64,000 nucleotides of DNA from Tubulanus polymorphus (Eukaryota > Animalia > Nemertea): the NCBI RefSeq assembly GCF_964204645.1, contig NC_134031.1, positions 14,805,807 to 14,869,806 of the forward strand. Direction: 5' to 3'. This document shows, one piece after another, positions 39,717-52,067 of the stretch. A program made the translations under genes and the position numbers. Numbering within the stretch: the first letter of the stretch is position 1; each line of letters opens with the position of its first letter. Under the pieces are notes generated by a model. It made no database searches, was not told where the DNA came from, and saw only the letters and a program-made list of their open reading frames with translations.

Positions 39717-42161
39717 ATGGACGATGCGGCTAATGATGAGCCGGCGGCGGCGGCTGTGTTGCTTGAATCACAGCCGGCATTAGGATTCAGCGCAGCTTTA
39801 TTTGTATTCGTCGTTGTATTTGTGTTTACAATGTTTCCACATATTTCACCATATCTTGCAAAAATTGTAAGTATCTCCCAGGAACCTTATTCATTGTATT
39901 ACTCATAACTTGACTCGGCTCAGTAGGCCTAGGCCTACTGTAAAAACAATATCAATACAGTCAACCCCGCATAAGTCGTAGTCCTCGGGACTGACGCTTT
40001 TACTACGACTTACATGATGTATGAGTAACGTGTAAGTCGTATTTTTACGAGTTACTTATAAGTTGTGGTTTTATACGAATTCCGCAAATAACCCGTGAAA
40101 ATACGATATACGACGTTCAGATTCCAGTATGGTTCGTCGTATCATGAGCATATCCTATAGGCCTATTGCTCAATCAATCAATTAAAGCTGCCACGTGCAC
40201 CACACAAGACAACTTCACCAGAAAATTACATTGTCACTGTCTGAACACTTACACTGACAATATTGTAGCGTATTTTTTATATGCTGCTATGGCATAGGCC
40301 TATAAGACTTATGCGAGGTATTTTGAATGGAATCAGACAATTTGGCTTCTAAAATTACGTGAAAATACGACTTATGAAGTGCGAGTTATTAGCATAATAT
40401 TTAAGGTATAACGAAGAAGAAAATCGGGACCAAATTAATGATACGAGATATGTGATGATACGACTAATTCGATGGCGACTTATGCGGGTTGATTGTCTGT
40501 AATATAAGTTATTTTGTGTATACAGTACAACCCACTTAATTCGGATCATTTGATTTAGGACCGTCAAAATTCATCCAGTTTTTTGGAAATTTAGATTAAA
40601 AGTCATTTTCCAGAAAATAAAATCAACAAATGGACCAAAATCCTGATTAAGCTGATCCGGATAAAGTGGGTTTGACTGTATTATAGACACTGGATTAAAA
40701 AATCATCGTTGTTACTGTACCTACGACTCCGATATGAGCCTGTGTGTCCTCTCCCTGAGTCTCCTCTCCTTCCTTTCCTTACTGTCTCTCCCTTTTCATC
40801 TCCCTCTCTCTGCGGACTCGTTTTCCCTTCCTCTCTCTCTCTCTTTTTGAACCAACGTTTTCAGCCTTGAACCTCTGTGCAGACCGGGCTGCTTCACTCC
40901 GATACCTGTATCAAGCGAACTGGTCGGCTAAGAATTGTTCATATTTTTTGTGTCGTTCCGTCGTTTGTAGATAACCGTGAAAATAGTTAAAGAAGAAAAA
41001 GAAGAAATCGATTTGAAAAGTGAAATATCAACTTTACGCAAACAACTGAGAACGATTCACATGGTCGACGAATTCTCAAAATACGCGAAAACAGAGAGAA
41101 AAATTATTAAATTCACGGAACAATTAAAAGTACACGGTAACCATGAAACGTCACTCAGTGTTTTTAGCTCGTCGTAAAATTGTCTTTCGCCCCATTTCTA
41201 ACATTTACGAATCAAATTTTGCCTATTTCGTTACAGAAACAAATCGATCTGAATTTCTGACGAAAGTAAAAATATTTATGACCGTAGCATTTCAAATAAT
41301 CCGGGTAGGTTTGATGAGTTGACCCGTGTTTGTCTCAAATCATGCTGAACCGATATAAATGAATTATTTTCTACTATTTTGACAGGTTATATGTATGGGT
41401 TTGTTACTGTGGTGGTGGAAATCATATCCGGTTCTAGTGTTCAGTGATAATTATTTCAGCCCAGTTTCTTCGTTGGTTTCTTTTCCCTCTCAAGTTACAG
41501 GTAAAAAGAATTCTCTTAATTCTAGCAGAAAAATAAGTCAAATTGTGGTTCAAGTTGTCATAGCTGGAATGATTATGTTTATGACTTATCCAAACGATGA
41601 CTTACACTTAGTAAATTGAATTAGAAATACAAATTGAGACTCAAAAATAGAGATAACTTCAGTATTGCGTCGACTTACACATCATTAGACAACATAAAAT
41701 TTGAGATAGAAATTGGGACTCAGAAATACAGAGACGACTTTGAGTCAGTTTGACTCAAGCACAAATAGATGAATTACAGTAGACTCCGCACCTCTGTCCG
41801 ACTTGAGTGTGAAATCCGAGTTGGATGTTATGTAATTCATAAATAATGTCTGCACAAAATTATTTCAACAAACATCCGAGTTGAACAGTTCCGACTCGAG
41901 CAGAAACTTGGTTTATGCGTCATCATATTACTTTGGTCAATCATCTTTTGCGTCCCAATTTGTATTTCCAATCTTATTGTAGGCCTTAGTTTAAAACCGT
42001 TATATCCGGTCTGACTCGAGCCGAGTCAACTAGTCTGTATAAAGCATGTTTGAAATTGTGAATTTTTTTTTCCAGGAGGTATCGGTCTCATCCCGTGGCT
42101 GTTAATTTGTGGAGTAATCGTTAATAAAATCTCATCTACGTTGACAACATCGAAACATTGA
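39717..42161 (+). CDS. GET1: Guided entry of tail-anchored proteins factor 1 (WRB), 5 exons (39717-39866, 40971-41136, 41237-41304, 41386-41500, 42076-42161)
   Basis: In-frame GT-AG exons. An N-terminal TM is followed by a coiled coil with MVDEFSKYAKTERKI, then PV...P....VSFP...GGIGL.PW. Confidence 0.88.
39958..40495. mobile_element. Tc1/pogo-like MITE in GET1 intron 1
   Basis: TA|CAGTCAACCCCGCATAAGTCG ... CGACTTATGCGGGTTGATTG. Confidence 0.7.
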
Positions 42162-42446
42162 AAATCTTGTCTACGTTGACAACATCGAAACATTGAAAAT
42201 CTCGTCAAAAATTTAATGATTCTTGTGAATGTTTTTTTAAACATTTTTAATAATAAACAATTTTCTCTTCGCTCCATTTATGTTGTGATGCCTTCATTAA
42301 AAGTCTATAATCTTGGAAAGATATTGTCTGTTACATTTACTTTTGTTGATTCTGAAGAAAGAAGTCCTTTCAAACACGAAAAACTTTCCACAAGAAATTC
42401 CAACGACTAGAAGTAAATCTTTTTGTATTAAAAGCCATTCATTCAT

Positions 42447-45400
42447 TCATTCAGTCTCTGTTGATTTTATAACTCCTAATTTCGGTCTCTTGGCAAAGTT
42501 TTCCAGTCGTTTTTCTAACGTATCTGAAAAAAACAATAGACTGTTTATGAGAAGGACAAGCTCTTACGTGCGCCAGGAGCCACCCACTGGAGAAATGTCT
42601 TGACATGTAAGGAAACCTCACGTTAGCTTCACACTTACCACTGGTTGTGCGTTTTGCTAGAGGTTTATGAATTTTAGTTCTATTTCCAGGTATTAAACAA
42701 TGTGTTTGAGTCATCACTGGGTCAACTGTAATAAGAAACCAATTTGAGATCCTAACTATATCAAAATCTAGAGCGGATCCTTTTTGATCGACGATTACCA
42801 GTAGAATTCTGCTCCTGACGTTTTATCTCTAAACTTGTAATCATCCTTTTCACCAAATTCGCCCTGCAAAAAATTATTCAAAAAGTTTATAATACGAAGA
42901 CGCTGAGAAGTAATCTGGGTAGGGAAGGTATTACACCCTCTCTCCCTCCTGTCGTCCTACTTGAACTCACCGCACTGAATGAGTCGTCCATTGTGACTGT
43001 AAACATTTAACCACCACGTCCAATTCCTCTAGAACCAGAATTAAATACAATCAAAATAACACTCTAGACAGTGAAATACTATGAAATACACTGTAGCGGT
43101 AAAGCCCGTCTGCTACTGACCTGAATCATACAACCAGTCGATATCAGCATATTCACATTCATACAGCACCAGGGGTAATTCTACAAAATACAACCAATTA
43201 AATCCAAGTAATTGACAAGTTATTTGACAAGGGAGAGGAGGGGAGAGGCAGAAGAGACTGACCTGAAGCCATTGTATACTGAGGTTTCTGTGGAGTTTTT
43301 TCAATATCTAACAATTCATCGATGACCTACAACAATCAATACAGTTATCATCAACAGATTTGAATTTCAAATAATTTCATGAATAACAGGGCGTAGTATT
43401 AAACGTATAACGAGCTGCAGTTTTACGAACCTGTGGCATTTCGTGTTTCTCTCCTACGAGGAATAATATCGCTACAATGCATCTGATCTGGTGCCACAGA
43501 AACGCGTTTCCGGTTATCGTCAATTCGCACATCTGGTAACCGCCTGCAACCGCTGAATCTACGGTCGCTACAGAAACGTCTCTGATACGTCGTATATATT
43601 CTTTGACGCCGTTTCGGACGTCCATTTTACATAAATTACGGAAATCATGTGACCCGATCAGTTTCACTCCGGCTTCCTGCATCAACTGACGGAAAGAAAT
43701 ACACATTTTTACAGAAATTTTCTTTTACAAGATAGATTGCGTAATTGGTTGAGCAGAGCAGAAGGGAAAAGAGAGTTGAAAATTTTAGTTTTAATCTATG
43801 CCTAAATAAGGCCAAAATTGCTTGTTTCTCATCAGTTTCATTTTCCGCGCGTCAAAAAAGGTTTATCAGTATAATTTAAAATGCGCATCCTGCCTGCAGT
43901 TTATTGCTGCCTGCGCCGCCCAATGCCGATAGAAGGTAAGAATACAAAGAGTACCTTCATTCAGCCCTCTCTATCTCATGTCAGTTTACTTAGTGAACTC
44001 CCTCTCCCTCCTTTCTACGAAACTAATGAATATAGATATATCATTCGTAAGTACCTCAACATCGAGTTCTCCTTTAGGGAATAGGTATTTATAAGTTCGT
44101 TGAGTGCAGTTGAATCTGGCGCTGAACTCCGTATCGACGGGGGACCACGCTAAAACACGGATCTCCGGCGGCAACGAGCGATTTAATATCAATATGTAAT
44201 TAATCTCTTCAGTCGTAGAATCAACTACAAATACAATCAATAATCTCATCTCAAACATTTATCACAGTGACTGTCCACTGACATTTAACACATTGACTAA
44301 ACACTGGTTTAAAGTCAAATTACAGGGTTTCCAGTGGATAAAAAAGAGTATTAAGAAGGACTTTTCAGCAATTTTAGGAAGGAAGCACTTTTTGACTGAG
44401 AAAGAAGTACTTCCCAGTAAAATGAGGACCCTTAAGGAAGCATTTTCGAATGCCTTCACCAAGCAAAAGACGTACTGCTGTTCAAGCTTTCTCAAACAAA
44501 CTGTTGAATTTGTGACAAAATTGCGAGCGAAAAATAAATAACAAGGAGCCTATCGGCTTATATAGCTCCGCTGTGTGATTTGAAGAAAAAAAAGCTGCAT
44601 ACCTAGGGGTGCCCCCTTTTGGCCAAATCCAAAAAGGGCTCTGTACTGTAGGTATTGGTCCATAGAACATTCATACCAAATTTGGACTTGATCTAATTAA
44701 AACTGTAGTAGGACTAGTAGCGGTTTGAAGAAATAGAAACTCCACCCCAGGGGCGCCCCCTGGGGACGAATCCAAAAAAGGCTCTGTAACTTTATAGGCC
44801 TTGGTCCATAGAACATTCATACCAAATTTTGAATTGATCTGATTAAAACTGTAGGACGAGTAGCGATTTGAATAGAAACTCCAACCCCAGGGGCGCCCCC
44901 TGGGGGACAAATGCAAAAAAATTGCTCTGTAACTTTATAGGCCTAGGTCAATAGAACATTCATGCCAAATTTGGAATTGATCTGATTAAAACTGTAGGAC
45001 TAGTAGCGATTTGAAGAAAAAGTTGACAGACGAACGAACGAACAGAGGATGACGGCTCACCCCCTAACCCATTAGCTCTGCTGACCTTCGGTCACAGCGG
45101 AGCTAACTAGGGGTCCAGGGACACCATGCCCACTTGGGAAGTGGTTCCAAATGCTCAACAATCTAACAATTTCAATATTCAACGCCCCCTGGCGACCATA
45201 TACAGAATCCAATGACCTTGAAACTCACCACAATCATAGAACATGTCAGCAGCTACGATTTTGTAATTGATTGTGATAACAAAATATGCCTCGTTACCAC
45301 TTTAATATGGAAATACTAAGTTATTCTACTATTCAACGCCCCCTGGTGACCATATTCAAAACCCAATGACCTTGAAACTCACCACAATCATAGAACACGT

Positions 45401-47666
45401 TATGAGCTACAACTTTCTAATTGATTGTGGTAACAAAATACGCTTAGGTATCAATATAATGTGGAAAAACTTTTTCCCACTTACGAATGAGTACTGCTGA
45501 CACCAAGATGGCCGCCAATTGCGTCATAATTGGCTGATGAAAAATACCTGTCTCAGGTATAAAACATCCCTTTCCAAAGAATACCCATCACAAATTGCAA
45601 TGAGAAATGATAAACCAGTAGGAAGCTACAGGACTCAGAATTTGGGCCAAAATCAACATTTTTGGGCACTAAAAAGGTCATAGGACGGCCATCTTGAGTC
45701 CGATCGACCCAATTTTTGTTATGCTGATGGGCCCTGGGGGAATTCACATATATCCGAAAGATCAAGGTAATTGATCAAAGCGTCTTCAAAATTTCCCTCA
45801 AAAAGTTCAAAAATGTGTAAAAAGTGCTGATTTTGGCGAACAACAATGGCTGCCAGTCGGCCATCTTGAATCTGACAGGGCCAGTTTTTGGGCTGAAGAT
45901 GTGTCTAGGGTAGATACATGTGTAACCCAAATATCAAGACATTATCTTGAAGCGTCTTCAAAACTTCCCAAAATAACTGGATTCCGTCTACGGACGGACG
46001 GACGAACGGACGGACGAAAAGTGAACGCAATAGCCCGCTGGGACTAAAGTCCCAAGTGGGCTAAAAATGAAATTTGGAAGGACATACAGTCAAAAGGTGG
46101 ACAAAGATGATGTTTGTCCAAACTTTTTCCAAAAGAAGGACTTGGAAGGATTTAGAAGGACCACTAGAAACCCTGAAATCATCTCTTACCAGAATCACTT
46201 TGAAATTGAATACTCAAATTATAGCCGAGCACAAATATCAACACTTCAAGGTTCTTCGAATTGAATCATCTGGCACCAGTAATAATGTTAACACAGACAC
46301 CAGTTCAGTTAGACTTAAATTCAGTCCAATTACAATGCGTTAACTCTGAGGCAAATCTTAATTCACACCTGTGAAACTGGAGGGTCAGATCGTAAAGTAT
46401 CACGCATACAACCACTTGATTTTTGAAGAAGAATATACCTGGCTGGTATCCAGTATTGAAAACAACTAGATTACAGGGTTAGGATTAGAAGTTAGGTCAG
46501 GCTATAATGTTGTTAACTTAACAAACTTTTCATCCCTGCATGATTATCATCAGCCTATTTCCAGGACTGGGAGAATAGTTATGATGGTCCTCTTTAGAAA
46601 ATGCTGAAAATTTGATGGAATGACTAACCCAGTTCTGGTGTCAAGCGAAATGCTTACCGGGTCTCAAATGAGCAGTACCTCCCTCTCTCTGTTTCACGCC
46701 AACTCCTTCCAGTAAATTCGTTCGCAGATCTATGGATATGACCTGTATAAATTCAAAACACTGTAACATGGGTTTAAAACAATGCCCCCTAGCGGGCAGA
46801 ACAGTTAAACAAAGTAATTGAGCATTTTACCTGTGAAAATGCACTGACCCCTTTATCAGTTCGACCACATCTGTGATAATTAGAGGTGTCCCTAAAAAGT
46901 AGAGTACAGCTTACCAATGAGGGTGTCTCCAGACTGCACATTATCAGAGGGGTGGCTCCAAAATGCAGTAAATCAGTGAGAATGGCTCTGCAGTTTGCCT
47001 GGGAGGGTTGCTCCAGACTACAATTAATCAGTGAGAGTGGCTGCAGATTATCTGGGAGGGCGGCTCCAGGCTGTGAGGGGGTAGATTAAGGGACGTACCT
47101 GGATTGTATAAGTTTTGTAGTTCTAAGAGCCTCAAATAGAATTGATTCGATCGTTTTACTGGAGTCTTCCTGTTCAGCGAGACCGCAGTAGTCCCATCCT
47201 AAATACAACAGTTTTAATACTACATGACGTGTGTTATACCTGAAAATATGCAAACAATAGAAACAGTTCACTTAGGTTCCTTTATCTGATGATAGAGGGG
47301 ACGGATGGTCGGCAAAAAAATAAGTCTATTTAAATTAATATCAATCTTACTTATTAAAGTCAAAAGGTCTTTGTTTTCGTAATTTCTTGGTTTTTTCTTC
47401 ACATCTCGTTTTAGAGAGGATATTTTGAAGTTGTTTCACGTGTCTTTCAAGGCTCTGCGTATAATTCAACATTTCCTGAAACAACGTTCAATAAAGTGTA
47501 CATTGAATTGATATTTGAATTTGATTGAGTTGAGCGCATTTCACCCATATTCAATATTTCAGCAAATGTATTTCCATTTTTGGATAAATACCCTGAATAG
47601 GTAATATATGAATAATTTTACCTCGTGTGTGAGATCTTTAAGCAACTTTTTGGGAGGTTTTTCCAT
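42447..47666 (-). CDS. PUS3: tRNA pseudouridine(38/39) synthase, multi-exon
   Basis: Exons encode RPFDF, RHVVLKLLYLGWDYCG, YHRCGRTDKGVSAFSQ (catalytic Asp), FSARFNC..RTYKY, GSHDFRNLCKMD, AFLWHQIRCIVAIL and KPQYTMAS. Some internal exon boundaries are approximate. Confidence 0.92.
44540..45106 (+). mobile_element. Helentron-associated (HINE/DINE-like) non-autonomous element
   Basis: Subterminal IR TAGCTCCGCTGTG/CACAGCGGAGCTA, about 147-bp internal tandem repeats, a (GAAC)n microsatellite and a 3' hairpin. Confidence 0.65.
45105..46066 (+). mobile_element. Second HINE-like element, head-to-tail with the first
   Basis: Subterminal IR GCCCACTTGGGA/TCCCAAGTGGGC, about 154-bp internal repeat, (GGAC)n and a 3' hairpin GGGACTAAAGTCCC. 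Its 3' end recurs at about 63286-63305. Confidence 0.65.
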
Positions 47667-48074
47667 CACGAATACACCGGCAATGCAATTCAATTATGTT
47701 TAATTACATGAGCTAAACTATTTTCCGGTTCAGGACTTGACCGAAAATTCAATTCATGTATATTTTATTACTCTGAGTTAAGCTATTTGCCGGTCCAGGA
47801 CTAAAAAATACACAAGCTCCTCGAGTCGGCTTAATTCGGCGCCGGTCCGTCAATCTAATTAGAGTTGATGAATGTGCTTACGCTTAAAATCTAAATAATT
47901 TTCTAAAAATTCATTTTTGAAGCATCGGTGGGGTTTGATTTTGTTTATGATACATATCACGCACTGGACACAATCTTAGTTCTTTTTCTCTACAAAGTTC
48001 GTGGAAGTGCCCGCCACATCCCGACTGAGTCCCCCATTCGAATCAGTTGCTTGGAAGTTTAGAGATTTTAACCG

Positions 48075-50899
48075 ATGTTACTGTTGTCTCCCAAGAAAAT
48101 GCCGCCGGTTATCAATCGTCTGGTCGTGATTTTGGTCCTGTCCACGAAGTGGCTGAATGCGGCACAGAATTACGGTTGGAGCTCGTGGGGACCGTGGGAA
48201 GATCGTTGTTCGAGACGCTGTGATATGGACAAGGGTAAAGTGCAAAGAACTAGAGCATGTTTAAAACTGAACTGTGGAAACCACCCCTGTAAAACTCGAA
48301 TTGATAGTCGATATTGTCAGGGTGGAGGAAGCGTACAGAAAAAGTGGTGTTACGATGCCAAATTCTGTACAGGTTCTGGAAGATATACAGGGCAATGGAC
48401 GAAGTGGGATGCTGACGGACCGTGTCAGGTAACATGGGGCAATAAAAACGGAGGAGCAGGTAGCGGTGGATGTCAACAGCGGAGCAGGCGACGCTGCGTC
48501 AATCTACAGACCTCTAAACGATACTACAGGTGTCCCGGATCTAACGGCCAATACCAGACCACTGGTAAACCGTGTCAGTGTCCAGCTGGATACGGTGGTA
48601 GCCGTGTAAACGGTGGGTACAGCGGTTACTGGAGCCGATGGGCGCCTTGGACCTGTACCCAGGATTGCGAGCTCCCGGGCGCCATGGCCGCCAGAAAACG
48701 TACGTGTAAGAATAGAATAAAAGGTACTTCGTGTGAACCGGATAAGCGTGGAGTAGGCGCCATAGAAACGGCTTCATGCCGGACTACAGTTTCTGATGAG
48801 GTTCACTATAAGTGTCAGAGATCGTGGGGTGAATGGACGGCGTATTCGGCGTGTACAGCGACATGTGGATCTCAACAGAAACAGCGCAGGCGACAGTGTA
48901 ACGGATACGGAGCGCCTTGTCTGGGGAATGAGATCGAGATCGATTCGTGCCAGATTCACACGCACTGTCCACTGATCGACGGAAGCTGGGGTCCGTGGGG
49001 TAAATGGGAGATTGCCTGCAGCGTCACCTGCGGCGACGGAATCCGTAAACGCTTTCGACTGTGTAATAACCCAGCGCCGTCTGGTGACGGTTTGGATTGT
49101 GAAGGCGATAAGGATGATTATCAGACGTGTGAAGTGAACGTGATTTGTCCAATTCACGGCGCGTGGACAGAGTGGACGCCGTGGCTGTGCGATAGAACAT
49201 GTGGAAACGGAACAGGTAATAACATCCCCTAAGGAGATAGTGAATAAAATAGATACCAGGGGGCGATGGTTGCTCAAACAGTTAGAGTTCAAACTTTAAT
49301 TCTTGGAAAACATACGATGATGGTCACTATTACATCTATCCACCACCAACTTTCGAGCTTGCTCCGGTGTTGGCGGCCATAATCTCAGAGATTGCAGTTC
49401 TCAAAAGTTAAGAATTAACTTTAACCAAATCGACATATAAGTTTTTAATTTCACTATGAGTCATTTACTTACCTACAGGTCAACCAACTTTTGAGCAACT
49501 ACAGCCCCTGACTGGTCTATGAAATTTGGGTTAGATTCCATACTATTACAGTATCAAGTTGCCATAAAGTTAATACAAAGAGTTAATACTTTAGGCCTAC
49601 ATTTTGTAACGTGCATCCACGGAATTCATTTTCTAGAAGTCCGATGAATTTATCTATTAGATCTGGGCCCAGTTTCACGAAAAAGTTTAAGCCTAAAACG
49701 GTTAAGTTTGAATTGTTGTCCTCATTGAAAACATGAAGTAACCAATGGCGATTACATCCAGAAATTTGGGTTTAACTTTTAGTTTAAGTTTAACTGTTTT
49801 CTATATTTCAGCTACTCGTAAACGCGTTTGCGACAACCCAGCTCCGAGATTCGGAGGTAAATTCTGTCTGGGCGAAACTGACGACTTTTCAGTCGGATGT
49901 AACCCCAATCGGTGTTCGCTTTCAGACGACATTCTACCGGTACACCTAAAACAAGCGATCACCGACCATCTGAACACGACGCACAATAATCTGAAACGTC
50001 GCGAAGCTGACAAAGCGTTTCTGCAATGTCGCACGCAAGTTGTAGAAATGTTCCTGGAGATATTTTTCTCGGCCGTGATTCGTTGGATGAAGAACGCCGA
50101 ACCATTAAAACTCGACCCGCACCGCCACGGTTATTACCAAGGCGACATCGAGATTAAGAGTTTAAACTCGTCCGATAACGGGGTCTATATATGTCAGATG
50201 GAGTTTACACCGGAAGGAAGGACCGAGCTGCGCACGCAAGTCGTCGGGGTCTATTCGTTAACGGTAGTGACGTCTAAACCGGAAACAGCGACCCGCGAAG
50301 GTGAGAGTTTAGTATTAGACTGTAACGGACCCTCCCTGGCGTTAGTTTATCCGGACTGTCATCAGAAATGGTTCCATAACGACAAAATCACTAAAGACTT
50401 CCTCGAAATTCCGCCGCAAACGGCTGATAAATACGTTATCGCCATGGTAACGCGTAAACACGCGGGTAACTGGACGTGTGAACTGACCGATAGGGAGACA
50501 GGTCGACAGTGGCAGACGAATCGAGTTTACGTCGAGGTCGGACCTCCGATAACCGCCTGGGAGATATTCCTAGCGTCACCGGCTTACATCGCATGCGCAG
50601 TGACGGCTATTGTTGCACTGGTTGCCGTGGCGATGATCGGTTGTTTTTACAAAGGTCATAAAGTGGAACGGACGCAGAAAGAAACGGCGGATAAAATGAT
50701 GTCATTGTTGCAAGAGAAGGCGAACGATGGAGTTGAGGATCTGGGTGGTGATGATGATGACACTGAGAAGGATGCTGACCAGGATATCGATGTGGATGAC
50801 GAGGCTAATGATACGGATGTAGATAACGAGAATATCGAGGAAACCGAGGTCCGAACAAACAGGGATGAAAATTCTTTCTCAGACGCACAAAAGTGGTAA
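48075..50899 (+). CDS. Type I membrane protein with multiple thrombospondin type-1 repeats and two Ig-like domains; 2 exons (48075-49215, 49812-50899)
   Basis: Signal-peptide-like N-terminus, repeated WxxWxxW...C...RxRxC, Ig motifs DNGVYICQ and HAGNWTCE, TM YIACAVTAIVALVAVAMIGCFY, and an acidic tail. The phase-1 GT-AG intron joins in frame. Confidence 0.87.
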
Positions 50900-51499
50900 A
50901 CTACAGGTTGCATATAGGGTTAACAAGTTATATTTTAATGAAATTGAATTATAAGTCTACAAAATAAAATGCTCTCCATGAATAATAGATTTAGAATAGA
51001 AAAAAACACGATTATATAAATATATTTACAAATAAATCTACAGATAAAAACCTCATTTTATGTACTGTACAGAATGAACCCTCAGGCAAAACAAGTTTTA
51101 TCCATGGTCTTCCAGATAACATTGACTTTGATAAAGTAAACGGGCTTGTGCTCTGGACCCAGTTCCGAAGGTTCTGAGTATCGAAAATGAACAATTTGAA
51201 CTCCATCCCATAACTACAGTGGAACTGGATCCTTTCTTGTCTGGAGCCTGTTTCGCAAAATTGTTGGGGTCATCGATAATGGGAAGGTTGTCAAATAGTA
51301 GGCTATAATTGATCATGATTTTGCTTTGTGAAATTTGTCCATGGTAGATTAAAAAACGAAAATTGTCTATGCTCAACATACGTATAACAAGCATTGGATT
51401 AACAAGCTTTATACAATGGATAAAAATCATAAAAGATTGTAATATAATTCTTTAGAAACGTTATATACATACATTTATACACAAAGTAATTTATACGCA

Positions 51500-51824
51500 A
51501 AACAATGTCAGCTTAAACTGAAACAATGTAAGCTTAAACTGAAACAATGTCAGCTTAAACTGAAACAATGTCAGCTTAAACTGAAACAATGTTAGCTTAA
51601 AACTGAAACAAAGCTTAAACTGAAAAAATGTCAGCTTAAACTGAAACAATGTCAGCTTAAACTGAAACGATGTAAGCTTAAACTGAAACAATGCCAGCTT
51701 GAACTGAAACAATGTAAGCTTAAACTGAAACAATGTCAGCTTAAACTGAAACAATGTCAGCTTAAACTGAAACAATGTTAGCTTAAACTGAAACAAAGTA
51801 AGCTTAAACTGAAAAAAATGTAAG
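51500..51824. repeat. 21-bp minisatellite (AAACTGAAACAATGTCAGCTT)n
   Basis: Directly visible tandem array. Confidence 0.95.
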
Positions 51825-52067
51825 TAGTTTACGCCGTTAGATTAATATAGAACTTTTAAACTTTTCATTACAATTGTAAGGTAACAGAAATAACAAAATT
51901 GCTGATAAACTCAAGGCCCGCAGTTGCGCAGTCGTGACCTATACGTCTAAACATGGTCTAGAAATCAAAAGACTAGTATTTAGTTGTAGGCAATGGGTAC
52001 CTTGAAACTAAACAATTTTGATTTAAGTCTAGATAATTTTCTATGAATCGTGCCGTGAATTTGCAAT

